The notes under the pieces are model-generated. The model was not told where the DNA came from. It ran no database searches and saw nothing but the letters and a program-made list of their open reading frames with translations. A stretch of DNA of 64,000 nt, taken from Laetmonice hystrix (lineage: Eukaryota). The position numbers were made by a program, and so were the translations under genes. Where the stretch lies: the NCBI GenBank assembly GCA_965235115.1, contig OZ249436.1, positions 21,144,001 to 21,208,000 of the forward strand. Reading direction: 5' to 3'. Of the stretch, positions 50,881 to 64,000 are shown piece by piece. The first letter of the stretch is position 1. The number at the start of each line of letters is the position of its first letter.

Positions 50881-50999
50881 TGAATTATTTTAATATTCCT
50901 TGTGCTGTAACTTTATGCATGTTGAAATAATAATTCTCACTGTATATTTCATGGTTTTGATACATGACAGGTTGCAGCTGACACACTGATGTAGCAGCC

Positions 51000-61897
<10,898 letters not shown>

Positions 61898-64000
61898 TAA
61901 CTGAGTTTAGGGTCTGCAGTAACACATACTGCAGCCGGTGCTGCTTGAATCACCCTGCAGATTTCATGTACTTTTTTAGTTTTCATGAGGATACACAAAC
62001 AAGGTATAAACAAGACTGCATGGACCTCTATTAAGTGAAATGTTTCTTGAATGGACTCAAATTCTTTCTGATCCTAGACTCAGACATTTTTTTATTGAAT
62101 TGTTTGGTTTCAAGGTATTTTAGCTCAATTATCTGTGGGCAGACTAACCGTGTTGTGCTTTTCAAGTCATAATTTCAAAAATGAGAAACTCCAACTAAAC
62201 TGTTCATGGACCACTGATAATGGACCATGTATTTTTAATCGTGTCGCAATGCCAGCGGTAATTACCTGATTCTATTGGAAAGGTAGAATTTCTTAACCTA
62301 AGGAATGGCTGTGAAGGGCCCCTCCCCCGTCTATGTGCAGATGAACCACCTGAAGACATGTTGGCAGTCTGAATTGCCGGTACATGGTTAGTCTGATCGC
62401 ACCAACTGCCGCGTTCTTCGCAAATGTTTACATTATGTGCTTGAAACGTAAACCTGCCACTGGCACTGAATGCAAGGCTGAGACTGACTTGATGTCGTCG
62501 ATTTCCGCTAGAGGGAGATCGCGTTGGGATTGTTTGCTTTTATACCGCCAGAGGGCAGCAATGACGTGAATTATCCTGGTTTGAGAGTCGACTTTTCTGG
62601 CCGGTTCTTTCTCCCGGGTGAAGACAGTGAAGCGAGCCTGTTAGATTTTTAGCTCCTTTCTTGGGGGCGAGTGCTGCTAAAATAACCACAACACTGATGT
62701 CGTTAAAATCGATACAAATTGGTTTAGACTGCACATGCGCAGGGAACCAAGCACTGATTACAAAAATTCATGGAACACTCTTGAGAATATGCAACTAGTA
62801 CACTTTTCTACAGTTCTACTTTCTACAGTTCTACTTCGTATAACGATTTCGGTCACAGTACTGGAGTTCTTCCCCAAATGTAACATTTGGGCCAATACAC
62901 TGTAATTACTTTATTAATTTGATGAAACTGTATGTGTGTCATGGTCTATGTGTAGGGTAGTCTTGTGGCGGTGTACTGGTGTCAATGTGTGAACCGCCGT
63001 GCCCACGCTCAGTGTGTGAACGTTACTGGAGTTGGTAGGGCCAGGGCCAGGCCGGGGTGGGTTGTCTAAACGGTCAGTCTCGCTGCTCTCACTCACCGAC
63101 TCGCGGTGACAGAGGTCGGCTGTTAGCGCTGACCCGAACCCTGACTTGACGCGGTTCTGTCCCGGGACACTGCCCATCCTCTATACCCCCACCTCTAAAC
63201 CAACTACGCCGTTATTATTCCCCATTCATGGCGGGTTGACATTTCCTATGGCCAGAAACTCGGCACTCAAACCTCGTAATTACCACGATAATTTTGTTTA
63301 TGGGACCCGGGAGAAAGTTACAACTCGTCGAGTTGTTGGGTACACGTTCAGACGGTCGGGTTGACAAGGTTTTAAGTCTTTTACTGTACGTAGAAATCGA
63401 GGAAAGGCTTTACCGGTTATGTTCCATTCAAACCTGCCCAGTTTTTATCTTTAAAAGTTACATTGACATACAGGCTGACAATGGGGCAATGTAATGCGGG
63501 CACACAAAGCAGCCAAAAGACTATTTTATCAGTCGATATTTTGATCCTAGCAATATAATATTTTTACCGTATAAAAGAGTAATCAATTCAGCGTGCATGT
63601 ATAGATGATTTTATAAAGTGCACTGAAATGGATGAAGTGACACATGTATGTTCCTGCATAAAAGTAAATGAACAAGCATGTTGGGTTGTACCCGGTTGTC
63701 AATCATGAAGAAACGCATGTCGGAATGCATGACACGGTGCAATCGTAGAGAAAAAAACGTGTGTCGAAACTTTCGGACATGTATATTTCAGTGGTGGTGC
63801 CGACAGATTGTAAATATTAAAAACGTGTTCATTTTATCATGTTGCATATCTAAATGTATATAGAGGAAGTTTTAAAGACGCATATGCTCTTTGGTATTGA
63901 CTGGGTAGACTGCTGAGCCAGAAAGGATGCCGTATGTGGTAGCATCCTGAAACGTTTATAATCATTTTATATGTAAGCAATGGTACCTTGAGCTGGTGTC

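Overview
This is a eukaryotic, intron-rich invertebrate genomic window; the SINE and MITE content looks like a marine lophotrochozoan, but the species cannot be named from sequence alone. Three spliced genes were built by hand from GT-AG sites and reading phase. (1) The 5' end of a DOK7-like adaptor gene on the minus strand, with two coding exons at 29104-29295; the remaining ~29 kb to the left edge appears to be its intron 2. (2) An uncharacterised ~1260-aa low-complexity gene on the minus strand (36823-48122) with repeated xxRLG(V/I)WS motifs, two LxALRxAxL helices, a CCDC9-like C-terminal coiled coil and two candidate first exons. (3) A complete MELK kinase gene on the plus strand (CDS 51000-61897, ~668 aa), head-to-head with gene 2, with a CCAAT/CDE-CHR-type promoter. 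The rest is minisatellites (86, 25, 33 and ~30 bp units), many non-autonomous DNA transposons with readable TIRs and 2-8 bp TSDs, SINE remnants, CTCF-like motifs and a local excess of the palindrome TAGGCCTA. I found no CRISPR array, tRNA/rRNA gene or intact transposase. Most short ORFs in the supplied track are spurious. Family comparisons are from recall, not database searches.
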